From positions 21,142,001-21,206,000 of the forward strand of contig CATNEN010000001.1 of the NCBI GenBank assembly GCA_950097015.1: 64,000 nucleotides of DNA, in the 5' to 3' direction. Source of the stretch: Macrostomum hystrix. Its lineage: Eukaryota > Animalia > Platyhelminthes. Below are positions 10,301 to 22,300 of the stretch, in pieces. Below the pieces are notes generated by a model that was given only the letters and a program-made list of their open reading frames with translations, did no database searches and was not told the DNA's origin. Made by a program: the position numbers and the translations under genes. Positions within the stretch are counted from its first letter, which is position 1; each line of letters begins with the position of its first letter.

Positions 10301-13300
10301 TGACTTAACAAACTTAAATAACTTCCGAGAAAAATCATTTTCTACTGCAAGCTCGACTTTATCCCCGCAGTCCTCACGTCCAAGGACACGACCTGTTGGA
10401 CACTAACGAGTCCATCACCCTGACTGCCATTCTGGACGACATGCTGTCAAAATATGACAAGCGAATTCGGCCAGGCTACATAAATGCAAAGAGTGAGTTG
10501 AAAGTTCACATTTTTTATTTTAATCAACCTAAAATTTTTAACTCAAAAAAATTGCAGAGCAAACTCCGGTGAACGTAAATGTCAGCGTCAGAATTTCATC
10601 TGTCAGCTCGATTTCTGAAGTCAACATGGTAAACGCTAAAACATTCTTAAATTTAATGAAGCAAAGTGAGGCGGCTGTTTTTTTTCACTGATTGGGTCTC
10701 TTAAAGCAGTGGAGTGAGGTTGGTGTTTGCTTATCACTGATTGGAGTGAGGTTGGTGTTTGCTTATCACTGATTGGAGTGAGGTTGGTGTTTACTTATCG
10801 CTGATTGGCTCTCTTAAAGTAGGGGAGTGAAGTTGGTGTTTGCTTATCACTGATTGGAGTGAGGTTGGTGTTTACTTATCGCTGATTGGAGTGAGGTTGG
10901 TGTTTACTTATCGCTGATTGGCTCTCTTAAAGTAGGGGAGTGAGGTTGGTGTTTACTTATCACTGATTCGCTCTCTTAACGCAGTGGAGTGAAGTGGGTG
11001 TTTACTTTTTGCAGATTAAGTTGGAATCTCAGTCCAGGGGAAGCTATTTGTGTCTTTGAACCGGACAGTTAATCTCCTAATGCCTCAGTTCACCCGGCCC
11101 TTGCCAGTCCATCTGTGAACAAAATATAGTGACGCGCTAGTCGGAAAACTAGATCTCACAATTTGAAGGCCATAAATAGTATAAGACTGCTTCAATACAA
11201 ACAGAATGATATTTGAGTGAGCGAGTGAGCGACTGTTCCGGCTTCCAGCTGAGCAGACTGGAGTCCGCTGTGCTCAGAATGCACAGCCCAAGATTTCTCA
11301 CGCGCATTGTCCTGACACCCGCTCCCCGTCCCTCACTGCTCACCTGTGGGGGACAGGTCGCACTGTCCAAATCCCAGGGTCAAAGACAACTGATTGCGTG
11401 GACCATCCTACTTGAATTATTCATCTCTTTCATGGACTTTGAGTCGAGAGCGAGTGAGTTCATCTTCAGCCCACCAGCCCAGAACAAAAAACTGGTTCCT
11501 ATATAATAAAGTGCGCATTCTGAGTTTTGGAACTTTTTTAATCAGATTTCCTACATTTTTTTGTTCGCTAAGATTCTTCTGCACGCGAGGTATTAGGGAC
11601 ATGGGTGGACTGGACTGAAGACTACCGGACTGTTTTAATTGGTCAATTTAACTGGCCTGAGTGAATTCTAGCATAGCCCTAGGCACGCTGAACTTGAATC
11701 TAGTTAAACCTAAAGTTAAACATAAGGCGAAGGAATATTTAGGCCAGGGGTCAGCAAACTAATTAGAGCCTAAGATGACAGCGGGTCGCATTGGCTGTAC
11801 AAATATTAGATAGGATAGAGACGAGACGCAGGGGGATAAGACACGTGAGAGATGAGACACGGGAGAGATGAGACACGGGAGAGATGAGACACGGGAGAGA
11901 TGAGACACGGGAGAGATGAGACACGGGAGAGATGAGACACGGGAGAGATGAGACACGTGAGAGATGAGACACGGGAGAGATGAGACAAGTGAGAGATGAG
12001 ACACGTGAGAGATGAGACACGGGAGAGATGAGACACGGGAGAGATGAGACACGTGAGAGATGAGACACGGGAGAGATGAGACACGGGAGAGATGAGACAC
12101 GGGAGAGATGAGACACGGGAGAGATGAGACACGGGAGAGATGAGACACGGGAGAGATGAGACACGGGAGAGATGAGACACGGGAGAGATGAGACACGTGA
12201 GAGATGAGACACGTGAGAGATGAGACACGGGAGAGATGAGACACGTGAGAGATGAGACACGGGAGAGATGAGACACGGGAGAGATGAGACACGGGAGAGG
12301 TGCGACAGGGGAGAGATGAGACACGGGAGAGATGAGACACGGGAGAGATGAGACACGGGAGAGATGAGACACGTGAGAGATGAGACACGGGAGAGATGAG
12401 ACAAGTGAGAGATGAGACACGTGAGAGATGAGACACGGGAGAGATGAGACACGGGAGAGATGAGACACGGGAGAGGTGCGACAGGGGAGAGATGAGACAC
12501 GGGAGAGATGAGACACGGGAGAGATGAGACACGGGAGAGATGAGACACGGGAGAGATGAGACACGGGAGAGATGAGACACGGGAGAGATGAGACACGTGA
12601 GAGATGAGACACGGGAGAGATGAGCCGCAGGCCAGATGTGTAAATAACAGCGTTAGCTACATACTATGCAAAAGGCTGTAGCTGCATACTTTACTGTGAG
12701 GTGGGATCATCTTAGTGAACATTAAAAAACGCTTTAATTTGAACTAAACAAGCTAAAATGCCATCATCATTCGAAAAAATTTTTCCTGTCAAAAGTAGAG
12801 TTTTGGCTTTTTAGACAGCGAAGTTAAAAAACATTCTGAAGATGATAAAAAATGCGAAGCAAGAAAATTTGACAGAAAAATCGTGCGTCCCGACTTCCTA
12901 TCGACTTTAAAATCATAAGTTTTGTTGAAGAAAATGACAGGATCCTCGTTATACCAAAATTGAAATCGTGCCGAAACGTTTCCTGGAAAGAAAGTTGTGG
13001 AGATTTCGATTTGGCCGTAAGTAAAAAAACTCGACTGCATATGATTAATCCGTTCAGTTTAAGTTCGGTACGAGTAGAATATGTTTCTAACAATTAGTTT
13101 ATGTGATGCTGTTTAATGCGTGACGAATATGTGACACATTCTCAATTTTTTAGTCAGATTTTTTTAGTCAAACCTAAAATATTTGTGGATTAACTTAATA
13201 TGCTTCTTTCTCGAGTCGGGCTTATCTTGCATCGGTATGATTGTCTTGGTTCGATGCGTGGGTTTGGAGTAAACTTATATGCCCTCTCTGATTGGCTGTG

Positions 13301-16300
13301 TGTGGAGTGAGGTAGAGTGAGGTAGCTAACATCGGTCCTCTCTGATTGGCTGGGCGTGGAGTGAGGTAGCTAACATCGGTCCTGTCTGATTGGCTGGGCG
13401 TGGAGTGAGGTAGCTAACATCGGTCCTCTCTGATTGGCTGGGCGTGGAGTGAGGTAGCTAACATCGGTCCTGTCTGATTGGCTGGGCGTGGAGTGAGGTA
13501 GCTAACATCGGTCCTCTCTGATTGGCTGGGCGTGGAGTGAGGTAGCTAGCACCGGTCCTCTCTGATTGGCTGGGCGTGGAGTAAGATATTTGGCTCCGGC
13601 CTTCGCCGATTAGATATGCTTGGACTCGTATTATAAATCGGACTTTTCTTATTGGCTGAGTGATGATTAAGATAACTGGCACCAGTCGTATCTGATTGGC
13701 TGAGCACGGGTTAGTGCATTGCTTTCTCTCTCGTATTCCCTTCCCGCTGCAGGACTTCACAGTGGACATGTACTTTCGCCAGCGATGGCAGGACAAGCGA
13801 TTGGCCTTTGCCAGCTATCTAAAGGGTCACGAAGACGAGCTTGAGGGCAGCGTCAACATCGCCGAGGAGATGCTGCACAAGATCTGGTGGCCCGACACCT
13901 TCTTTGCCAACGCTAAGAAGTCCGAGTTTCATCACGCCACAACTCGAAACGCTTTTCTGCGCATAGACAGCCTTGGAAACGTGTTCCACAGCCTGCGGTG
14001 AGGCTGAGGAATGGGAATCGTTGATGAGAAATGAGAATCGTTGATGAGAAATGAAAATCGTTGATGAGAAATGAGAATCGTTGATGAGAAATGAAAATCG
14101 TTGATGAGAAATGAGAATCGTTGATGAGAAATGAAAATCGTTGATGAGAAATGAGAATCGTTGATGAGAAATGAGAATCGTTGATGAGAAATGAGAATCG
14201 TTGATGAGAAATAAGAATCGTTGATGAGAAATAAGAATCGTTGACTAGAAATGAGAATCGTTGATGAGAAATAAGAATCGTTGATGAGAAATAAGAATCG
14301 TTGATGAGAAATGAGAATCGTTGATGAGAAATGAAAATTGTTGATGAGAAATGAAAATCGTTGATGAGAAATAAGAATCGTTGATGAGAAATAAGAATCG
14401 TTGATGAGAAATGAAAATTGTTGATGAGAAATGAAAATCGTTGATGAGAAATGAGAATCGTTGATTAGAAATGAGAATCGTTGATGAGAAATGAAAATTG
14501 TTGATGAGAAATGAAAATCGTTGATGAGAAATAAGAATTGTTGATGAGAAATGAAAATCGTTGATGAGAAATGAAAATTGTTGATGAGAAATGAGAATCG
14601 TTGATGAGAAATGAAAATCGTTGATGAGTAATGAAAATCGTTGATGAGAAATGAAAATTGTTGATGAGAAATGAAAATTGTTGATGAGAAATTGGTATCG
14701 ATAATAGAAATGTGAATCTGAATGAGAAATAAATGAGAAATGATAATCTTAGATGAGAAATGAGAAAGCTATTTAGAGAAGAAGAGAACCATTTAGTAAA
14801 TCTGTAAAATCAAATCAAAACCTCAGTTCTTTGTTCAACAGAAAATTGATACTAAGGTGGCTGTACTTATTTCCGGTGTATGAATGAAGTGGAGTACCAG
14901 CGTACTCAGTTAGATTCCAGTTCTGACAATGCCTGTGAATCCCCTATTCAGGAAAGCTCAGTAATTTGTTTAGTTAATTACCCACTTATTTAACTAAATA
15001 GACGTTCTCAATGTACTAGCTAATTCCGGAAACACGCGACCAACTCTTCACAGAGAGACAGCAATGAGACATTTGATAGGCAAAGTGCAACATTTCTTTT
15101 TGAGCATATCAATCAAGCTAAGGGTACGCTTTTGTCGACAAATCTAATGATCAGATAGTTGCGTGAATGATCAGATTGTTGCGTGAATGATCAGATAGTT
15201 GCGTGAATGATGAGATAGTTGCGTGAATGATGAGATTGTTGCGTGAATGATCAGATAGTTGCGTGAATGATCAGATTATTGCGTGAATGATCAGATAGTT
15301 GCGTGAATGATCAGATTGTTGCGTGAATGATCAGATAGTTGCGTGAATGATCAGATAGTTGCGTGAATGATCAGATTGTTGCGTGAATGATCAGATAGTT
15401 GCGTGAATGATCAGATTATTGCGTGAATGATCAGATAGTTGCGTGAATGATCAGATTGTTGCGTGAATGATCAGATAGTTGCGTGAATGATGAGATAGTT
15501 GCGTGAATGATGAGATTGTTGCGTGAATGATCAGATAGTTGCGTGAATGATGAGATTGTTGTGTGAATGATCAGATTGTTGTGTGAACATGGTGCAGAAA
15601 AGCCTATCATTATAAGCGCTAATTTACTACATCCAAATTAGTGCATATCCTAAGCATCTATAGCAATTTACCGAGTCACTCAAGTGTTAGACTATTTAGT
15701 TGAGCACTGCTCAAGATACTTCTCTGCACTGTGGAATTTCTAATGGACCTGAAAGTCCCTATTCCCTAAACTAATTTCTTCAGTTAATTCATTGGGCGCC
15801 ATTTGCAGCCACAAGGCAGGTTCAACTGGCTGTCACATCCCAGCCCCTAGAGGCAAAGTCAGAGAACTTCTCTAAGGCATTGCTGAACATACAGTCTCGA
15901 GTGCCGAATCAAATGGTGAGCAGGGCTACTCAACTGCTGGCTTTGAGTCGGTCTCATTCCGAAGCTTGCTGATCAGAGATCTCCGACCCTTCTTTCGCGG
16001 AAACTCAGAAAAAAGCAAAAGCAGCAAAGACACCCAAGGCAGTGGAGGCCTGTTTTGACAAATAATTTATTCTGTTAAACAGAAAGCCGGGCCTACGCCT
16101 TGATCTATGAAATTCTGAGCTCTTTTTCCATTCCCTGCGGGCATTGCCGAGCTGAGGAGAACTCAAGAAATTGTGTCTGACGGGAGGAAAAATACTTGTT
16201 GACTATGGTGATTCTTACTAACCGTCAACTCCGAATCTCTGTGTCAGGGTGTCAGATGTACTGATGTGTTAGTTCTGATGTGTCAGTTCTGATGTGTCAG

Positions 16301-19300
16301 TTCTGATGTGTCAGATGTTCTGATGTGTCAGATGTTCTGATGTGTCAGATGTCTTAAGGTGTCAGATGTACTAAGGTGTCAGTTCTGATGTGTCAGATGT
16401 TTTAAGGTGTCAGATGTACTGAGGTGTCAGTTCTGTTCTGATGTGTCAGATGTTCTGAGGTGTCAGTTCTGTTCTGAGATGTCAGATGTTCTGAGGTGTC
16501 AGATGTACTGAGGTGTCAGATGTTCTGAGGTGTCAGATGTTCTGATGTGTCAGATGTCTTAAGGTGTCAGATGTACTAAGGTGTCAGTTCTGATGTGTCA
16601 GATGTTTTGAGGTGTCAGATGTACTGAGGCGTCAGATGCTGTGATGTGTTAGTTCTGATGTCTCCAATTTTTCTGATGTGTCAGTTCTGATGTGTCAGAT
16701 GTTTTAAGGTGTCAGATGTACTGAGGTGTCAGTTCTGTTCTGATGTGTCAGATGTTCTGAGGTGTCAGTTCTGTTCTGATGTGTCAGATGTTCTGAGGTG
16801 TCAGTTCTGTTCTGATGTGTCAGATGTTCTGAGGTGTCAGTTCTGTTCTGATGTGTCAGATGTTCTGAGGTGTCAGTTCTGATGTGTGAAATGTTTTAAG
16901 GTTTCAGATGTGCTGAGGTGTCAGTTCTGTTCTGATGTGTCAGGACTCAGGAGTCAGGTGTACTAAGGTGTCAGTTCTGGGGGTGTCAGATGTTCTGAGG
17001 TGTCAGATGTTCTGATGTGTCAGATGTACTGAGGTGTCAGTTCTGGGGGTGTCAGAATGTTCTGAGGCTTCCAGTTTTTGTGTCAGATCTAACTGGGTGT
17101 GTCAGGTGTGATGCGAGATTGTCAGTTATAAAAGTCATAGAGTAAACAAGGTTCAGTTTTGTTTATGTCGACTGTCAGACTCGTAGATAATCATACGGTT
17201 TGGAAGCTAATATTTAAAATTAGGAGAACAAAATAGTGTGCATTTCTAACAACCAATAATTGAGCACGAGTGCAAGCCTTCATAGCCTTATGGCTTGCGG
17301 GTGAGTTTAGCGAAATAAAGTTGGAAATAAATAACAATGCACTACGCCAGGTCACCAGTAAAGCTTAAGTGATGAGTAGAAAACTACAAAGCGATGAGTA
17401 CTTGTACAGACAGGGTTTGCGTGTTTTAACTAAAACGAGCTAATATTGTTGAGTAGGGAGCATCAACTAATAGTCCAGAGTCGGTGGTTAGGCCGCAGAC
17501 TACGGCACGCTGACTTTGACGGTCTTGTGCGAGTGCCTGTCAGCTTCCAGCTCCATCTCTCTGGAGCGCCTAGTCTCCGTCACCATCGGGTCGATCATCT
17601 GCTCGATGTAGTTGGGATCCTGGAAGTAGTTCATTCGCGGCAAGGGCATCGTGGTGGACTCTGGCATCAGCACGCCAGCGTAGGTTCGATTCTTGTTCGC
17701 CGGCCGGAATATTGTCTTGCGGAAATTCAGGCAGTTGCTGAACGAGGTGCAGTAAGCGCCGTCGATCTCTCGCTTGTCTATGATCCAATCGCTGCGGGGC
17801 CTCTCGGCCACCATCTCCATCAGGGTGCTGGGGACTGCGAATGCCAGGTTTAGATGGCAGCGAGGTGAACGGAGGCAGTGAAGGCAGTGAAGGCATTGCG
17901 GGGAGGCAGTGAAGGGAGGCAGTGCAGGCAGTAAAGGGAGGCAGTGCAGGCAGTGAAGGGAGGCAGTGAAGGGAGGCAGTGCAGGCAGTAAAGGGAGGCA
18001 GTGCAGGCAGTGAAGGGAGGCAGTGCAGGCAGTGAAGGGAGGCAGTGCAGGCAGTGAAGGGAGGCAGTGCAGGCAGTGAAGGGAGGCAGTGCAGGCAGTG
18101 AAGGGAGGCAGTGCAGGCAGTGAAGGGAGGCAGTGAAGGCAGTGAAGGGAGGCAGTGCAGGCAGTGAAGGGAGGCAGTGCAGGCAGTGAAGGGAGGCAGT
18201 GCAGGCAGTGAAGGTAGCGCAGGAACTCACATGGCAGCACACTAGTATCCTCGCCACCGCAGGGTGCACTGAGATTTATTTCGCCGACACAGTTTCTGCC
18301 CAAACCGAACCTCTGGCTCTTGAAGTATAAGAAGGTATTGTCGGGTGTCCATTCGTTGTACTGAAGCCTGGTGTGAACCATGCTGGTGTCATATGGCTTG
18401 CGCAGCTTGTAGGCGGGAAAGTAGTTCTCGAGCAGTTTGTTGCATCGGTACAAATCATTTAGGCTGCCGCCGCGGATCTCAAAGATGCAGAAGCGCATTG
18501 ACTGGACTCCGATCTTGCGGGTGAGCATTTTTTTGCAGACTGAGAACACGCAGCGAGTCCTGGTGCAGGCAGCTTTGATTCGCGCATCTTGCACCATCTG
18601 CAGGGTCTCGTCCGTGATGGGCATGACGTACTGCTCCCTGAAATTCAGCTCTCTGTAGGCCATGACTGCCGATTCTCACAAATAGCTGCAGTACAACCAG
18701 GCACTGAAATCAAGCCCTGGATTATCTAGATCTTAATTATTTAACTCAATGCTTCACTCAACTGTTTGTACCATAGACTACTGGGAATACGAGCGTAGAA
18801 CACACTGTGAAATCATTTCAGGCTGACCGTTACAGCAATGTGCCCCATGGATCTGACTTACTTTCCGATGGACGCTCAGATTTGCTCGGTGGAGATTGAA
18901 AGCTGTGAGAATGCTCAACCTAATCCCATTGATCCTCAATTCCTAATGCTTAATCTAGATTCGTCGATAAAATGTTTGCTTTCAAGCATCTTGACTAAAA
19001 TATCAACAAATATTCCTTCCTTCATTATTGAATCCCGAATCCTCAATCCTTAATCTCCAATCCCAAATCCTCAATCCTTAATCTCCAATCCCGAATCCAC
19101 AATCATTAATCTCCAATCCCGAATCCTCAATCCTTAATCTCCAATCCCGAATCCTCAATCCTTAATCTCCAATCCCGAATCCACAATCATTAATCTCCAA
19201 TCCCGAATCATCAATCATTAATCCCCAATCCCGAATCCTCAATCATTAATCTCCAATCCCGAATCCACAATCATTAATCCCCAATCCCGAATCATCAATC

Positions 19301-22300
19301 ATTAATCTCCAATCCCGAATCATCAATCATTAATCTCCAATCCCGAATCAACAATCATTAATCTCCAATCCCAAATCCTCAATCATTAATCTCCAATCCC
19401 AAATCCTCAATCATTAATCTCCAATCCCGAATCCACAATCATTAATCTCCAATCCCAAATCCTCAATCATTAATCTCCAATCCCAAATCCTCAATCATTA
19501 ATCTCCAATCCCGAATCCACAATCATTAATCTCAAATCCCAAATCCTCAATCATTAATCTCCAATCCCAAATCCTCAATCATTAATCTCCAATCCCAAAT
19601 CCTCAATCATTAATCCCCAATCCCGAATCATCAATCATTAATCTCCAATCCCGAATCATCAATCATTAATCTCCAATCCCGAATCATCAATCATTAATCT
19701 CCAATCCCGAATCCTCAATCCTTAATCTCCAATCCCGAATCCACAATCATTAATCTCCAATCCCGAATCATCAATCATTAATCCCCAATCCCGAATCCTC
19801 AATCATTAATCTCCAATCCCGAATCCACAATCATTAATCCCCAATCCCGAATCATCAATCATTAATCTCCAATCCCGAATCATCAATCATTAATCTCCAA
19901 TCCCGAATCAACAATCATTAATCTCCAATCCCAAATCCTCAATCATTAATCCCCAATCCCGAATCATCAATCATTAATCTCCAATCCCGAATCAACAATC
20001 ATTAATCTCCAATCCCAAATCCTCAATCATTAATCTCCAATCCCAAATCCTCAATCATTAATCCCCAATCCCGAATCATCAATCATTAATCTCCAATCCC
20101 GAATCAACAATCATTAATCTCCAATCCCGAATCCTCAATCATTAATCTCCAATCCCAAATCCTCAATCATTAATCTCCAATCCCAAATCCTCAATCATTA
20201 ATCTCCAATCCCGAATCCTCAATCATTAATCTCCAATCCCAAATCCTCAATCATTAATCCCCAATCCCGAATCATCAATCATTAATCTCCAATCCCGAAT
20301 CCACAATCATTAATCTCCAATCCCGAATCCTCAATCATTAATCCCCAATCCCGAATCCTCAATCATTAATCTCCAATCCCAAATCCTCAATCATTAATCT
20401 CCAATCCCGAATCCTCAATCATTAATCTCCAATCCCAAATCCTCAATCATTAATCCCCAATCCCGAATCATCAATCATTAATCTCCAATCCCGAATCCTC
20501 AATCATTAATCTCCAATCCCGAATCCTCAATCATTAATCTCCAATCCCAAATCCTCAATCATTAATCTCCAATCCCAAATCCTCAATCATTAATCTCCAA
20601 TCCCGATTCCACAATCATAAATATTCAATAATAAATCCCAAGGATATATCCAGAAACAAATATTCCCAATTTAAAGACCTTAAACATTTTTCCTCAATCG
20701 AAAACCATCAGTTCAAGTTTCAAATTTCAAATCTTTGATCCCGCATTTAAAACCTTCCAGTTGGCTACACCACAAAAGACATTCGCTACCACTGGGACGT
20801 TGTTAAGCCACTCGAAGTTTCCGAGGATGTCCGACTGCCCCAGTATGTTGTACGAGGCAAACGGAAGAAAATCAAAGAGGTGGCCTTGTCTACTGGTGAG
20901 CTATTGGCGGGAGGGGTAGACAGTGAGGGAGAGGGTAGATAGTGAGGGAGAGGGTGGACAGTGAGGGAGAGGGTAGACAGTGAGGGAGAGGGGAGACAGT
21001 GAGGGAGAGGGTAGACACTGAGGGAGAGGGTGGACAGTGAGGGAGAGGGTAGACAGTGAGGGAGAGGGGAGACAGTGAGGGAGAGGGGAGACAGTGAGGG
21101 AGAGGGTAGACAGTGAGGGAGAGGGTAGACAGTGAGGGAGAGGGGAGACAGTGAGGGAGAGGGGAGACAGTGAGGGAGAGGGTAGACACTGAGGGAGAGG
21201 GTGGACAGTGAGGGAGAGGGTAGACAGTGAGGGAGAGGGGAGACAGTGAGGGAGAGGGTTGACAGTGAGGGAGAGGGTTGACAGTGAGGGAGAGGGTGGA
21301 CAGTGAGGGAGAGGGTAGACAGTGAGGGAGAGGGGAGACAGTGAGGGAGAGGGTAGACAGTGAGGGAGAGGGTAGACAGTGAGGGAGAGGGTAGACAGTG
21401 AGGGAGAGGGTAGACAGTGAGGGAGAGGGTAGACAGTGAGGGAGAGGGTAGACAGTGAGGGAGAGGGTAGACAGTGAGGGAGAGGCTAGACAGTGAGGGA
21501 GAGGGTAGACAGTGAGGGAGAGGGTTGACAGTGAGGGAGAGGGTAGACAGTGAGGGAGAGGGTTGACAGTGAGGGAGAGGGTTGACAGTGAGGGAGAGGG
21601 TGGACAGTGAGTTAGAATCGGGATTTCTCAACAGCCATCAGTTTTTTATGGCCAATATTCCAGGAAACTACTCTCGCCTGGCAGCCGAGTTCTACTTTGC
21701 CAGAAGCATGGGCTACTATCTGATCCAGATCTACATACCCAGCACGCTGATTGTGGTGCTCAGCTGGGTCAGCTTCTGGCTGTCCAGAACTGCCGTGCCC
21801 GCCCGGGTGGCACTGGGTAGGTGCAATGGGGAGCAAGGGAGACTGCGGAGAGATGGAGAGAGATCGGGGAGAGAGAGGGAGAGAGATTGGGGAGAGAGAG
21901 GGAGAAAGATTGGGGAGAGAGAGGGAGAGAGATTGGGAGAGAGGGAGAGAAAGAGCGGGAGAGAGGAGAGAGGACACTGCCCATTGAATTTGGGCAGTGT
22001 TCGAAATGTATTCCGATATGTATCGAAAAAATGGAAATCCGGATTCGAACCAAGGCAACTCCAGAGAGAGATCGGGGAGTGAGAGGGAGAGAGATCGGGG
22101 AGAGAGGGAGAGAGGGAGAGAGATCGGGGAGAGAGGGAGAGAGATCGGGGAGAGAGGGAGAGAGATTGGGGAGAGAGGGAGAGAGATCGGGGAGAGAGGG
22201 AGAGAGATCGGGGAGAGAGGGAGAGAGATCGGGGAGAGAGGGAGAGAGACCGGGGAGAGGGAGAGGGATCGGGGAGAGGCTTGCATATGCTTTATCAATA

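Noticed and set aside
11048-11100. CORE-SINE-like fragment (gtgtctttgaac..tgcctcagttcacccgg)
   Set aside because: Too short and degenerate to call without a database search.
13310-13550. TGAGGTAG resembling the let-7 5' end
   Set aside because: The rest does not match let-7, there is no precursor hairpin, and it is part of a tandem unit.
14010-14692. Hammerhead-like TGATGA..GAAA; also CTGACGA in SINE copies (33382, 1611 minus) and CTGATGA at 59577
   Set aside because: No CUGANGA-stem II-CGAAA core with pairing stems I and III could be built by eye; an Infernal search would be decisive.
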